A stretch of 27,346 nucleotides of DNA from positions 1 to 27,346 of the forward strand of contig JAGWDQ010000115.1 of the NCBI GenBank assembly GCA_018260615.1, given 5' to 3'. This DNA is from Candidatus Altarchaeum sp. Its GTDB lineage: Archaea; Altiarchaeota; Altiarchaeia; Altiarchaeales; Altiarchaeaceae. A model generated the notes under the pieces. It was not told where the DNA came from, did not search any database, and worked only from the letters and a program-made list of their open reading frames with translations. Positions within the stretch are counted from its first letter, which is position 1; the number at the start of each line of letters is the position of its first letter. Below are positions 17,139 through 24,995 of the stretch, piece by piece. Made by a program: the position numbers and the translations under genes.

Positions 17139-17191
17139 ATATACCTAATTTAAATCAATTTTTCCATCTATAAAAAATTTGAATTCTCTTA

Positions 17192-17291
17192 CAATTGTCT
17201 GTGTATGAGTTCCGCAGACATCCATAAATTTTAATTCGTCAAATTGTTTTGCCAATTCATTGATCTCCCTTATTACATTTTGAATTTTCAT
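17192..17291 (-). pseudogene. Truncated hypD 5' fragment
   Basis: MKIQNVIREINELAKQFDELKFMDVCGTHTQTI, then unrelated sequence and a stop soon after. Part of the 334 bp repeat. Confidence 0.9.
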
Positions 17292-17303
17292 TGTTGCACA
17301 GAA

Positions 17304-17519
17304 TTATTCTTTTAAATTTAACATCAGGGATATTGTTTCATCCGCATCTTTCACACTTAAAATTTCTATCGCAAAGCCAGCATGCACGAGAACATAATCG
17401 CCGGTTTTTAAATTTTCAACCATAGAACCGTTTATTTTCTTTATCACGCCTCCGAAATCAACATCCGCATAACTGCTGTCATAAATTTTTATTATCTTTC
17501 CGGGAATGCCTAAACACAT
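17304..17519 (-). CDS. hypC: Hydrogenase chaperone HypC, copy 2 (identical to copy 1)
   Basis: Nucleotide-identical to 10102-10317; divergent from the small-subunit gene. Confidence 0.95.
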   Translation of the reverse strand: MCLGIPGKIIKIYDSSYADVDFGGVIKKINGSMVENLKTGDYVLVHAGFAIEILSVKDADETISLMLNLKE

Positions 17520-17674
17520 CTTAAAAACACATTTAAATTTTATTTATCTGTTTTGTTTATTGATAGGTTATTAATTTATTATTATAGTTTATTAATTTAA
17601 TTTATTATTATAGTTTATTAATTTTATTTACTAATTTTTTATTAAACTTAAAAATTAAACTTAAAAAATTTAAA

Positions 17675-18634
17675 ATGGCACTTGAAAAAATAAATATTGT
17701 ATGGATACAGGGACAGGGATGCACCGGCTGCACAATTTCTGTGACCGGGGGAACAAATCCGGACTTAATTAATGTTTTGACCGGCTTTCTGCCGCAAATT
17801 GAAGGAATAAATCTGGTTTATCATCCGACGATTATGGGTCCATGGGGAGAAAATGCCTCAAAAATTTTAGACGATGCAATAAACGGGAAGTATGATCCCT
17901 TTGTTCTTGTCGTTGAAGGTGCTGTTCCGGACGAGAAAAAAGCACAGGAAACAGGTGGGTATTATTGTGGTGTCGGGGAAATAGACGGAAAAATGATGTT
18001 ATTTGATGATGTGCTTTTAAAATTATCAAAAAGGGCCGGAGCGGTTGTTGCTGTCGGCGCGTGTGCCTCATTCGGCGGAATTCCGCATGGAAATCCAAAT
18101 CCGACAGGAGCAAAAGGAGTTATAAATTTCCTTGGAAAGGATTACAAAAGCGGTTTAGGGCTGCCTGTCATTAATCTTCCGGGGTGTCCGCCTTCGGGAG
18201 AAACAATAATTGAGGCATTGGGACATCTTGTTTTAACGGCAAGAGGTGCTTTACCGGTTCCTGAACTTGATGCAGATAACAGACCTAAATTTTTATATGG
18301 TCCGAAAGTACATGAAATTTGTCCGAGAGCAGGATATTTTGCAGGCGGGAAATATTCTTCCGAATTCGGCGAGCCGTATTGTATGGGAATGCTCGGATGT
18401 AAAGGAATAATCACACATTGTCAGGTTCCGAAAAGGGGATTTATTGAAGGTGCGGGGGGATGCACAACAGTCGGAGGAATTTGTATCGGATGCACAGAGC
18501 CGGAATTTCCTGATGAGCCATATTCACCGTTCTTACAAAAAGCACCTGCGGGAGCTTATGCTTCGGAGGCAATGGAAGATATGGTCGCAAAGATAAAAGC
18601 AGTACTTTCACGAATGTCGTCAAGAAAAATTTAA
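17675..18634 (+). CDS. [NiFe]-hydrogenase small subunit, group 1-like, no Tat signal
   Basis: Proximal CTGC, GACASFGG, PGCPP; distal HEICPR, C-x5-C; medial HCQ, GGCTTVGGICIGC. No twin-arginine leader. Confidence 0.95.
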   Translation: MALEKINIVWIQGQGCTGCTISVTGGTNPDLINVLTGFLPQIEGINLVYHPTIMGPWGENASKILDDAINGKYDPFVLVVEGAVPDEKKAQETGGYYCGVGEIDGKMMLFDDVLLKLSKRAGAVVAVGACASFGGIPHGNPNPTGAKGVINFLGKDYKSGLGLPVINLPGCPPSGETIIEALGHLVLTARGALPVPELDADNRPKFLYGPKVHEICPRAGYFAGGKYSSEFGEPYCMGMLGCKGIITHCQVPKRGFIEGAGGCTTVGGICIGCTEPEFPDEPYSPFLQKAPAGAYASEAMEDMVAKIKAVLSRMSSRKI

Positions 18635-18734
18635 ATTGAAAGATAAATTTAGAAATTTAAACCAACAAATTTAAACTAAAAATTTAAACTAAAAATTTAA
18701 ACTAAAAAAAATTTAAAAATTTATTAAAATAAAA

Positions 18735-20453
18735 ATGGCAAAGGAAATTATTATAGAACCATTAACGAGGGTTGAAGGACATCTGGCAATACACGCAACT
18801 GCCGATGAGAAAACAAATAAATATACTGACGCACATTCTTACGGAACGATGTTCAGGGGCTTTGAAACAATACTTAAAAACAGAGAGCCGGCAGATGCGA
18901 TCTGGATAACACAAAGAATTTGCGGTGTTTGTCCTGTTCCGCATGCAACTGCAGCTGCCGAATGTGTTGATATGACTTATGGTGTTTCTCCTCCGCCTGT
19001 CGGAATCGCATTAAGAAATTTTACACTGATGGCAGAAGAACTTTACGATGCATCGCTTGGATGCTGTATTTTGGAAGGACCTGATTATTCCGAAGTGATG
19101 CTTAACAAATATGCTCCCGATGTTCTTAAAGAGGCACAAAAAACAAAGGCGGAACATTCAGGTATGCATGGATTTTCAACAATTGCAGATATTTGCAAGG
19201 CATTAAATCCGATAACCGGGGCATTATGGCTTAGAGCATTGGAAATGTCAAAACTCGGGAGAAAGATGGCTTCGTTACTTGCGGGAAAACACCCTCATGT
19301 GAATTCATTTGTTCCGGGGGGAATCGGAAAAACACTTACGGCAAGCGATCTTGAACAATATGCGGATATGCTTTCTAAACATGTATCTTTTAGTAAGGAA
19401 TTCATCTCAATATTTGACGATTTGCTCAATTTTATGGGTAAATTTTACGGTGAAACAGGAAACAGAGAAGCAATATTTTTGAGTGCGGGCTGTTATGAAG
19501 GTCTTGCCGATTACAATGCAAAGTATGCAGATATGGGAAAATGGGGAGAAAAAAGAGCGGTAACTCCGGGTGTCTTTGCCGACGGAAAAATTATAACAAA
19601 TGATTTAATTGAAATAAATTTAGGTGTCCGGGAATATGTTAATCATTCATATTATGAGGATTGGGATGGAAAGGATATGGAAAAAGATCCGCTGGGAAAT
19701 GAATTAGACAAGAATCACCCGTGGAATGAGCAGACAAATCCAAAGCCGCAGGAAGCAAAGAAATGGGATGACAAATATACATGGCTTAAATGTCCGAGAT
19801 GGCAAAGCAAGGGCGGGAAAATTTATGTTGTTGAAGTCGGACCTTTAGCAAGAATGTATATAACTGCTGTTTCAAAAAAAGTTCCTGAGTCAACCGGAAA
19901 ATCACTTAAATTTACTCTGCCAAGAACAAACAGGATTGATGCCAAAGTACCGGATGCAATGGATGTTGAATGGAAGATGCCATCAAAAATAAATGCACTT
20001 GAAAGAATCAGGGCAAGGGCGTATTTCCATGCATATACTGCTTATGTCACATATAATCAGGTACTTGCTGCATTGGGTGCGATTAAGGCCGGTGCCTCAA
20101 AGGTATGGACAAAGTATGAAAAACCAAAAGACGGAATTGGTGTCGGAATTGTTGAGGCAATGAGAGGAGTTGTTGCTCACTGGTGCATAATGAAGGACGG
20201 AAAAATTCAGAAGTATCAGATAATTGCACCGACAACATGGAACGCATCTCCGAGAGATAAGGATGGAAATCCGGGACCTTATGAACAGGCGATAATCGGA
20301 ACTCCTCTGACTGAAAAAGGAACTTATGATGGGATTGATGTTGTCAGAACAATAAGAAGTTTTGACCCGTGTTTAGGATGTGCAATTCATGTGTATGACG
20401 GAAAAGGCGTTTTAAGAAAAACAGAAGAGATTGGAACAACCTGCACAATCTGA
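18735..20453 (+). CDS. [NiFe]-hydrogenase large subunit
   Basis: EPLTRVEGH, L1 motif TQRICGVCPVPH, L2 motif SFDPCLGCAIH followed by a 20 aa cleavable extension. Confidence 0.97.
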   Translation: MAKEIIIEPLTRVEGHLAIHATADEKTNKYTDAHSYGTMFRGFETILKNREPADAIWITQRICGVCPVPHATAAAECVDMTYGVSPPPVGIALRNFTLMAEELYDASLGCCILEGPDYSEVMLNKYAPDVLKEAQKTKAEHSGMHGFSTIADICKALNPITGALWLRALEMSKLGRKMASLLAGKHPHVNSFVPGGIGKTLTASDLEQYADMLSKHVSFSKEFISIFDDLLNFMGKFYGETGNREAIFLSAGCYEGLADYNAKYADMGKWGEKRAVTPGVFADGKIITNDLIEINLGVREYVNHSYYEDWDGKDMEKDPLGNELDKNHPWNEQTNPKPQEAKKWDDKYTWLKCPRWQSKGGKIYVVEVGPLARMYITAVSKKVPESTGKSLKFTLPRTNRIDAKVPDAMDVEWKMPSKINALERIRARAYFHAYTAYVTYNQVLAALGAIKAGASKVWTKYEKPKDGIGVGIVEAMRGVVAHWCIMKDGKIQKYQIIAPTTWNASPRDKDGNPGPYEQAIIGTPLTEKGTYDGIDVVRTIRSFDPCLGCAIHVYDGKGVLRKTEEIGTTCTI

Positions 20454-21003
20454 AAAATTAAATAAAATTTTAATTTGCGGAATTGGAAATTTGCTGATGT
20501 CCGATGACGGATTTGCCCATTATGTTATTGAAATTTTAGAATCCAAACTGGATGGCTTTAAAGCAAATTTGCCTGACGATAGTGGTATTGACATTGAAAT
20601 TTCCGAATTCGGAACTGTAAATTTTACGATGGCAGATTACCTTGAGGGCTGTAAATTCGCAATTTTTGTTGATACAATTCATCAGAACAAAAATCCGGGT
20701 GAAATTTATGAATTTTGGATTAAAAACGAAGAAGTCAGGGACGATTTTGACCCGTTTAAATTTTCTTTCGGTTTCCATGATTCAGACCTTCAGGATATGC
20801 TCGTATTTGCAAAGAAAATGAAATTTCTGCCCGAACAACTAATTATAATTGGTTGCGAGCCGAAAACAATTAAAGCGGAAATAGGATTATCCGAAGAGGT
20901 CTCAAAAGCAAGCGAAAAGGTTGCCGAAAGGATATTGGAAATTTTAGAAAATTTAACAAAAGAAACAAAAGAATTATTAAATACACAAAAATGCACACAA
21001 TAG
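20431..21003 (+). CDS. Hydrogenase maturation endopeptidase (HyaD/HycI family)
   Basis: ILICGIGNLLMSDDGF, FVDTI, FHD, IIGCEP..IGLSEEV. Start uncertain (TTG at 20431 overlaps the large-subunit gene). Confidence 0.9.
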   Translation: MEQPAQSEKLNKILICGIGNLLMSDDGFAHYVIEILESKLDGFKANLPDDSGIDIEISEFGTVNFTMADYLEGCKFAIFVDTIHQNKNPGEIYEFWIKNEEVRDDFDPFKFSFGFHDSDLQDMLVFAKKMKFLPEQLIIIGCEPKTIKAEIGLSEEVSKASEKVAERILEILENLTKETKELLNTQKCTQ

Positions 21004-21662
21004 ACGCACACAAAAACATAATGGAAATAAATAAGACGAGCGCAGAAAGAAACAGGAAAATTTTTGACAAAAACAATGTCTTTGCAATAAATATTATGGG
21101 TGCAACCGGCTCCGGAAAGACGATAATGATTGAAACGCTGTCAAAAAAACTGATGACTAAATTTAAAATTAAAGCACTTGTCGGAGACATTGTAAGCAAA
21201 CTTGATGCAGACCGGATAAAGAGTACAGGAATTGAAGCAAAAGGAATAAATACAGGAACAGAGTGCCACCTGGATTCGCATTTAATCAGTCATGCAATTG
21301 AAGATATAAATTTAAAAGATACGGATTTGCTTTTGATTGAGAATGTCGGAAATTTAATCTGTCCTACTGACTTTAACCTGGGCGAGCATAAAAGAATAGT
21401 TGTTGTAAGTTCAAGCGAAGGTGACGATACAGTTGAAAAGCATCCGATGATTTTTCTTACTGCTGATTTGTGCATCATAAATAAGACGGACATAGCGGAT
21501 GCAGTTAATGCGAATGTTGAAAAAATGGCAGATGATGCAAAAATGATAAATCCAAAGATTAAAGTGTTCAAGACAAGTTTTAAAAACGGGGATGGAGTTG
21601 ATGAAGTGATTGGATGGATTTTAAAAAGTATGGGTGAGTATAAACAAAAGCAAAAAATTTAA
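20991..21662 (+). CDS. hypB: Hydrogenase nickel incorporation GTPase HypB
   Basis: GATGSGKT, TGTECHLD, IENVGNLICP, EGDD..EKHP, NKTD. Confidence 0.96.
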   Translation: MHTIDAHKNIMEINKTSAERNRKIFDKNNVFAINIMGATGSGKTIMIETLSKKLMTKFKIKALVGDIVSKLDADRIKSTGIEAKGINTGTECHLDSHLISHAIEDINLKDTDLLLIENVGNLICPTDFNLGEHKRIVVVSSSEGDDTVEKHPMIFLTADLCIINKTDIADAVNANVEKMADDAKMINPKIKVFKTSFKNGDGVDEVIGWILKSMGEYKQKQKI

Positions 21663-21669
21663 ACACATC

Positions 21670-22035
21670 TTACCCAAAAACAACCCTTCTGATTAAAATT
21701 TCCTTTCCCTGTAAAATTTCTATTCCGTCATTATCTCTGCATTTGCTGCACTTTAAATATTTCGGGATATCCAGGAATTCAACATCCTCATCAATTGTAG
21801 TTATATGCTCGTTTTTGCATTTGATTTTTACTGGCAAAAATTTAATTTCAACATCCATTCCTTTGCAGAGCGTATCATTTGCCAGAATTTCAACTCCGAA
21901 TTTCAATTGTTCTTTGTCAATCATTGCAAGTTTTCCTATCTCAATAGAAATTTTCTTAACTTTTTTGGCGTTATTTTGCGCTGCTAATTCAATTACGGTG
22001 TCAATGATACTTGTTGCGATTGAAATTTCGTGCAT
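21670..22035 (-). CDS. hypA: Hydrogenase nickel metallochaperone HypA
   Basis: MHE N-terminus, IEIGKL, CSKC, GKEILI; convergent with hypB. Confidence 0.92.
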   Translation of the reverse strand: MHEISIATSIIDTVIELAAQNNAKKVKKISIEIGKLAMIDKEQLKFGVEILANDTLCKGMDVEIKFLPVKIKCKNEHITTIDEDVEFLDIPKYLKCSKCRDNDGIEILQGKEILIRRVVFG

Positions 22036-22081
22036 CTTGAATTAAATTTATAATTTATAAATTTCAATTTTAAATATTAAA

Positions 22082-22375
22082 ATGGACTTTCAGAAAGCGA
22101 TTCAAATAAAAAATTTATCCTACACATATCCCGACGGCAATATCGCATTAAATGACATAAATTTAGAAATTTTTGAGAACGAATGCATCGCTTTAATCGG
22201 CTCAAACGGAAGCGGAAAAACAACCCTGATTTTAAATTTAAACGGAATTTTCAGAGGAAAAGGAAGCATTAAAATTTTTAATAAAGAACTCAGCGACAAA
22301 AATTTAAAGGAAATAAGAAAGGACATTCGTAAAAAAGTTAAGGGGGTAAAAAAGGTCTTGAAAAGAAGGTTTTAA
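22082..22375 (+). pseudogene. Truncated 5' copy of the ECF ATPase gene
   Basis: 22097-22326 is approx. 96% identical to 23959-24188 (140 bp core identical), contains Walker A GSNGSGKT, then loses homology and stops. Confidence 0.9.
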
Positions 22376-22394
22376 GAAAATGTCAGAAATCGTT

Positions 22395-23213
22395 TCATGA
22401 TATTGTTTCTATAAAATTTTTCATCTCTTTAATTTTGGCATATCTGTATTTTTTATCTTCGGTTAACACTAAAAAGTCTGATTTTTCATTATTTTTTGTG
22501 ACATTGTTATTTAATTCTTCTATGATTTTCTCTTTAGTTATTTTCTCCCCATTTTCAAATTCTTCCTTAAATTTTTTCTCAAATTCCCTTTTTTTAAGAT
22601 AAGAAGATGTCCAAAACCAGTCACTTCTTTTGTTTTTATCATGAATATGGAAAAGTACTCCTTTGTTTGTTATGCAATAATGCTGTGTTTTATGTTCAAC
22701 AATACCTGTCGTTTCATCAAAATTTGTAAACATATCTTCTCCTTTTCTCTTAATTGTTATTTCTTTGGAATTTAATATATTCACTAAACATTCGGAAGGA
22801 TCAAAAACTTTATCCTCATCTTTTTTTTCTTTTCCTATACAAAGGTATTTGTCTATTAAGACATATCCATTGTTTTCTTTCAAACTTTCAGCAAGGATTT
22901 TTCCCGCAAAAAGAGGATTTAATTCGCCACTTTTTAGGCTGGTTGTTTTTTCTTCTTCAATTCCACCATCTGAATCTGAAATCTCAGAAGATAGTGTGAC
23001 TATATTTCTTATTTCGCCAAAATACAATATTATCGTCGCAGAAATTATCATTCCTGCAACAATGCCTGTCAGGTAAAAATTGACCATACCTCCATGCATT
23101 GCTCCCATAATTACAACTGCCCCACACACTATCGCTAAAGCTAACAAAACAAAAAACAAAACAAAATATTTATCGTTTAATATATCCTTTAATTTGTTCT
23201 TTAATTTATCCAC
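22395..23213 (-). CDS. Hypothetical membrane protein (two N-terminal helices, Lys/Glu-rich soluble domain)
   Basis: 272 aa ORF from GTG. Hydrophobic YFVLFFVLLALAIVCGAVVIMG and LTGIVAGMIISATIILYF. No family recognised. Confidence 0.7.
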   Translation of the reverse strand: MDKLKNKLKDILNDKYFVLFFVLLALAIVCGAVVIMGAMHGGMVNFYLTGIVAGMIISATIILYFGEIRNIVTLSSEISDSDGGIEEEKTTSLKSGELNPLFAGKILAESLKENNGYVLIDKYLCIGKEKKDEDKVFDPSECLVNILNSKEITIKRKGEDMFTNFDETTGIVEHKTQHYCITNKGVLFHIHDKNKRSDWFWTSSYLKKREFEKKFKEEFENGEKITKEKIIEELNNNVTKNNEKSDFLVLTEDKKYRYAKIKEMKNFIETIS

Positions 23214-23239
23214 TTTTAATAAGATAAGATTTTGTAACT

Positions 23240-23611
23240 TTATTTAATTTTTTTAGGATTAATTAGTAGTTCATGATAGTTGAATAATGTAAATACAAGA
23301 GCGAATAATAATATAAAAAGTGAGCTTCCTGCTATGATTTGACCAATCTGAATATGAAAAAGCTCCAATGCATTATTAGAAGTATCTACAGGAAGTGCTA
23401 TAAAAAGATAGAAACTTACAATAAGTGTAATGGAAATTACTAAAAAAATTTGAGCAAATCCCTTTGACATTTTCATATTCTCTTTTAATTCTTTACCTTT
23501 AACAAAATTAACGGCATATTCATCTCGCAAACTATTTACAGCATTCCATGCAAATGTGCCAATTATTGCTATTACATACAAAGGAAAGTTAAATTGTAGT
23601 AGTGCATCCAT
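23240..23611 (-). CDS. Hypothetical membrane protein (about three helices)
   Basis: 123 aa with three hydrophobic stretches; tightly spaced with its neighbours on the same strand. Confidence 0.65.
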   Translation of the reverse strand: MDALLQFNFPLYVIAIIGTFAWNAVNSLRDEYAVNFVKGKELKENMKMSKGFAQIFLVISITLIVSFYLFIALPVDTSNNALELFHIQIGQIIAGSSLFILLFALVFTLFNYHELLINPKKIK

Positions 23612-23629
23612 TTTTGTCTTAAATATACA

Positions 23630-23833
23630 TTATTTTATCTCGTCTATGCGATATTTTGCTAACTCTGCTTTTTTCCCTCCGAAATAGCCATATTCCACCT
23701 TGTCTATATGTGGTTTGTGAATTGAATCTCCGGGATGCCATCTCAACTGAATATCCTCTGTAAATGTGTTTGTTGGCAATCCTAATCCCAATATAGTTTC
23801 TCCTTTATATTTTATTTTTCCTTTCTCGTCCAT
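23630..23833 (-). CDS. Small hypothetical protein
   Basis: 67 aa, ATG start, first gene of the three-gene minus-strand run. Contains WHPGDSIHKPHID. Confidence 0.5.
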   Translation of the reverse strand: MDEKGKIKYKGETILGLGLPTNTFTEDIQLRWHPGDSIHKPHIDKVEYGYFGGKKAELAKYRIDEIK

Positions 23834-23952
23834 TTTTATTTTGCGTAATTAATTAGAATTAATGCCTATATAAATAACTGATGGTTTGCGTTTTGAAAAA
23901 TTTATCATCAAATTTATAATTAAATTAACATCTTATTAAAATAAAACAGAAA

Positions 23953-24768
23953 ATGAACGCTATTGAAATAAAAAATTTATCCTACACCTATCCCGACGGC
24001 AATATCGCATTGAATAACATAAATTTAGAAATTTCCGGGAATGAATGCATCGCTTTAATCGGCTCAAACGGAAGCGGAAAAACAACCCTGATTTTAAATT
24101 TAAACGGAATTTTCAGAGGAAAAGGAAGCATTAAAATTTTTAATAAAGAACTCAGCGACAAAAATTTAAAGGAAATAAGAAAAGACATCGGAATTGTGTT
24201 TCAGAATCCCGACGACCAGCTTTTTATGCCAACTGTTTTTGATGATGTTGCGTTTGCTCCGCTGAATATGAATGCGAATGAAAAAGAGGTGAAGGAAAGG
24301 GTCAGAAATGCGCTGCAGGCAGTAGGGATGAGCAGTTATGAAAACCGCTTTTCGTATCATCTGAGTTTCGGGGAAAAGAAGAAAATTTCAATAGCAACAG
24401 TCCTTTCAATGAATCCAAAGATTATTGTATTTGACGAGCCGACCGCAAATTTAGATGCAAAAAGCAAAAAGGAACTTATTAAAATTATAAAAAATTTAAA
24501 AAAAGACGGAAAAACAATAATTATAGCAACACATGATTTGGATTCCGTTTTAGAGGTTGTTGATAAAATTGCCATTTTAAATAAGACAATCATCGCTTAT
24601 GGCAAGACAAGAGAAATAATAACAAACGAAAAATTGTTAGAGGATGAAAATTTAGATGTTCCGAATATTGCCGTTCTTTTTAAGACATTAACGGGTTTGG
24701 GATATGACTGCACGGACATTCCGCTTTCAATGGATGCTTTTTTGGAAAAATTTAAGACCTGTTGGTAA
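23953..24768 (+). CDS. cbiO: ECF transporter ATPase (CbiO/EcfA-like)
   Basis: Walker A GSNGSGKT, VFQNPDDQLF, signature LSFGEKKK, Walker B IVFDEPT, ATHD. Confidence 0.93.
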   Translation: MNAIEIKNLSYTYPDGNIALNNINLEISGNECIALIGSNGSGKTTLILNLNGIFRGKGSIKIFNKELSDKNLKEIRKDIGIVFQNPDDQLFMPTVFDDVAFAPLNMNANEKEVKERVRNALQAVGMSSYENRFSYHLSFGEKKKISIATVLSMNPKIIVFDEPTANLDAKSKKELIKIIKNLKKDGKTIIIATHDLDSVLEVVDKIAILNKTIIAYGKTREIITNEKLLEDENLDVPNIAVLFKTLTGLGYDCTDIPLSMDAFLEKFKTCW

Positions 24769-24815
24769 ATTTCTTTTATGCTGACTTATTTCTACGGTTT
24801 ACTTTTTTCGGAGTG

Positions 24816-24910
24816 TTTTAAAATCGCAGTTTTAAAATCGCAGAGATTTAAAAATCTCCGAGCGTAAGCGAGGTGAAGATTTTAAAATCTCCGAGCAACA
24901 GCGAGGTGAT
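24816..24910. repeat. Cluster of short REP-like repeats
   Basis: ttttaaaatcgcag twice, then two approx. 33 bp units gatttt/aaaaatctccgagc-N3-gcgaggtga. Confidence 0.65.
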
Positions 24911-24995
24911 TTTTTCTTTTTTTATCGTACAGCCCATATTTCCGACTCAAAATAAAAACCTGCGTCAAAAAGGGGTCCAATTTTTAAAGTCGGGA

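Larger units (their letters stand above)
17192..17525. repeat. 334 bp direct repeat, copy B
   Basis: Matches 9990-10323 with 2 mismatches. Confidence 0.97.

Noticed and set aside
17560-17670. Short AT-rich duplications here and aaatttaaactaaa x3 near 18667-18710
   Set aside because: Low-complexity slippage in spacers; no specific function supportable.
20320-20400. Selenocysteine ([NiFeSe]) hydrogenase
   Set aside because: The L2 motif DPCLGC uses TGT codons; there is no in-frame TGA.
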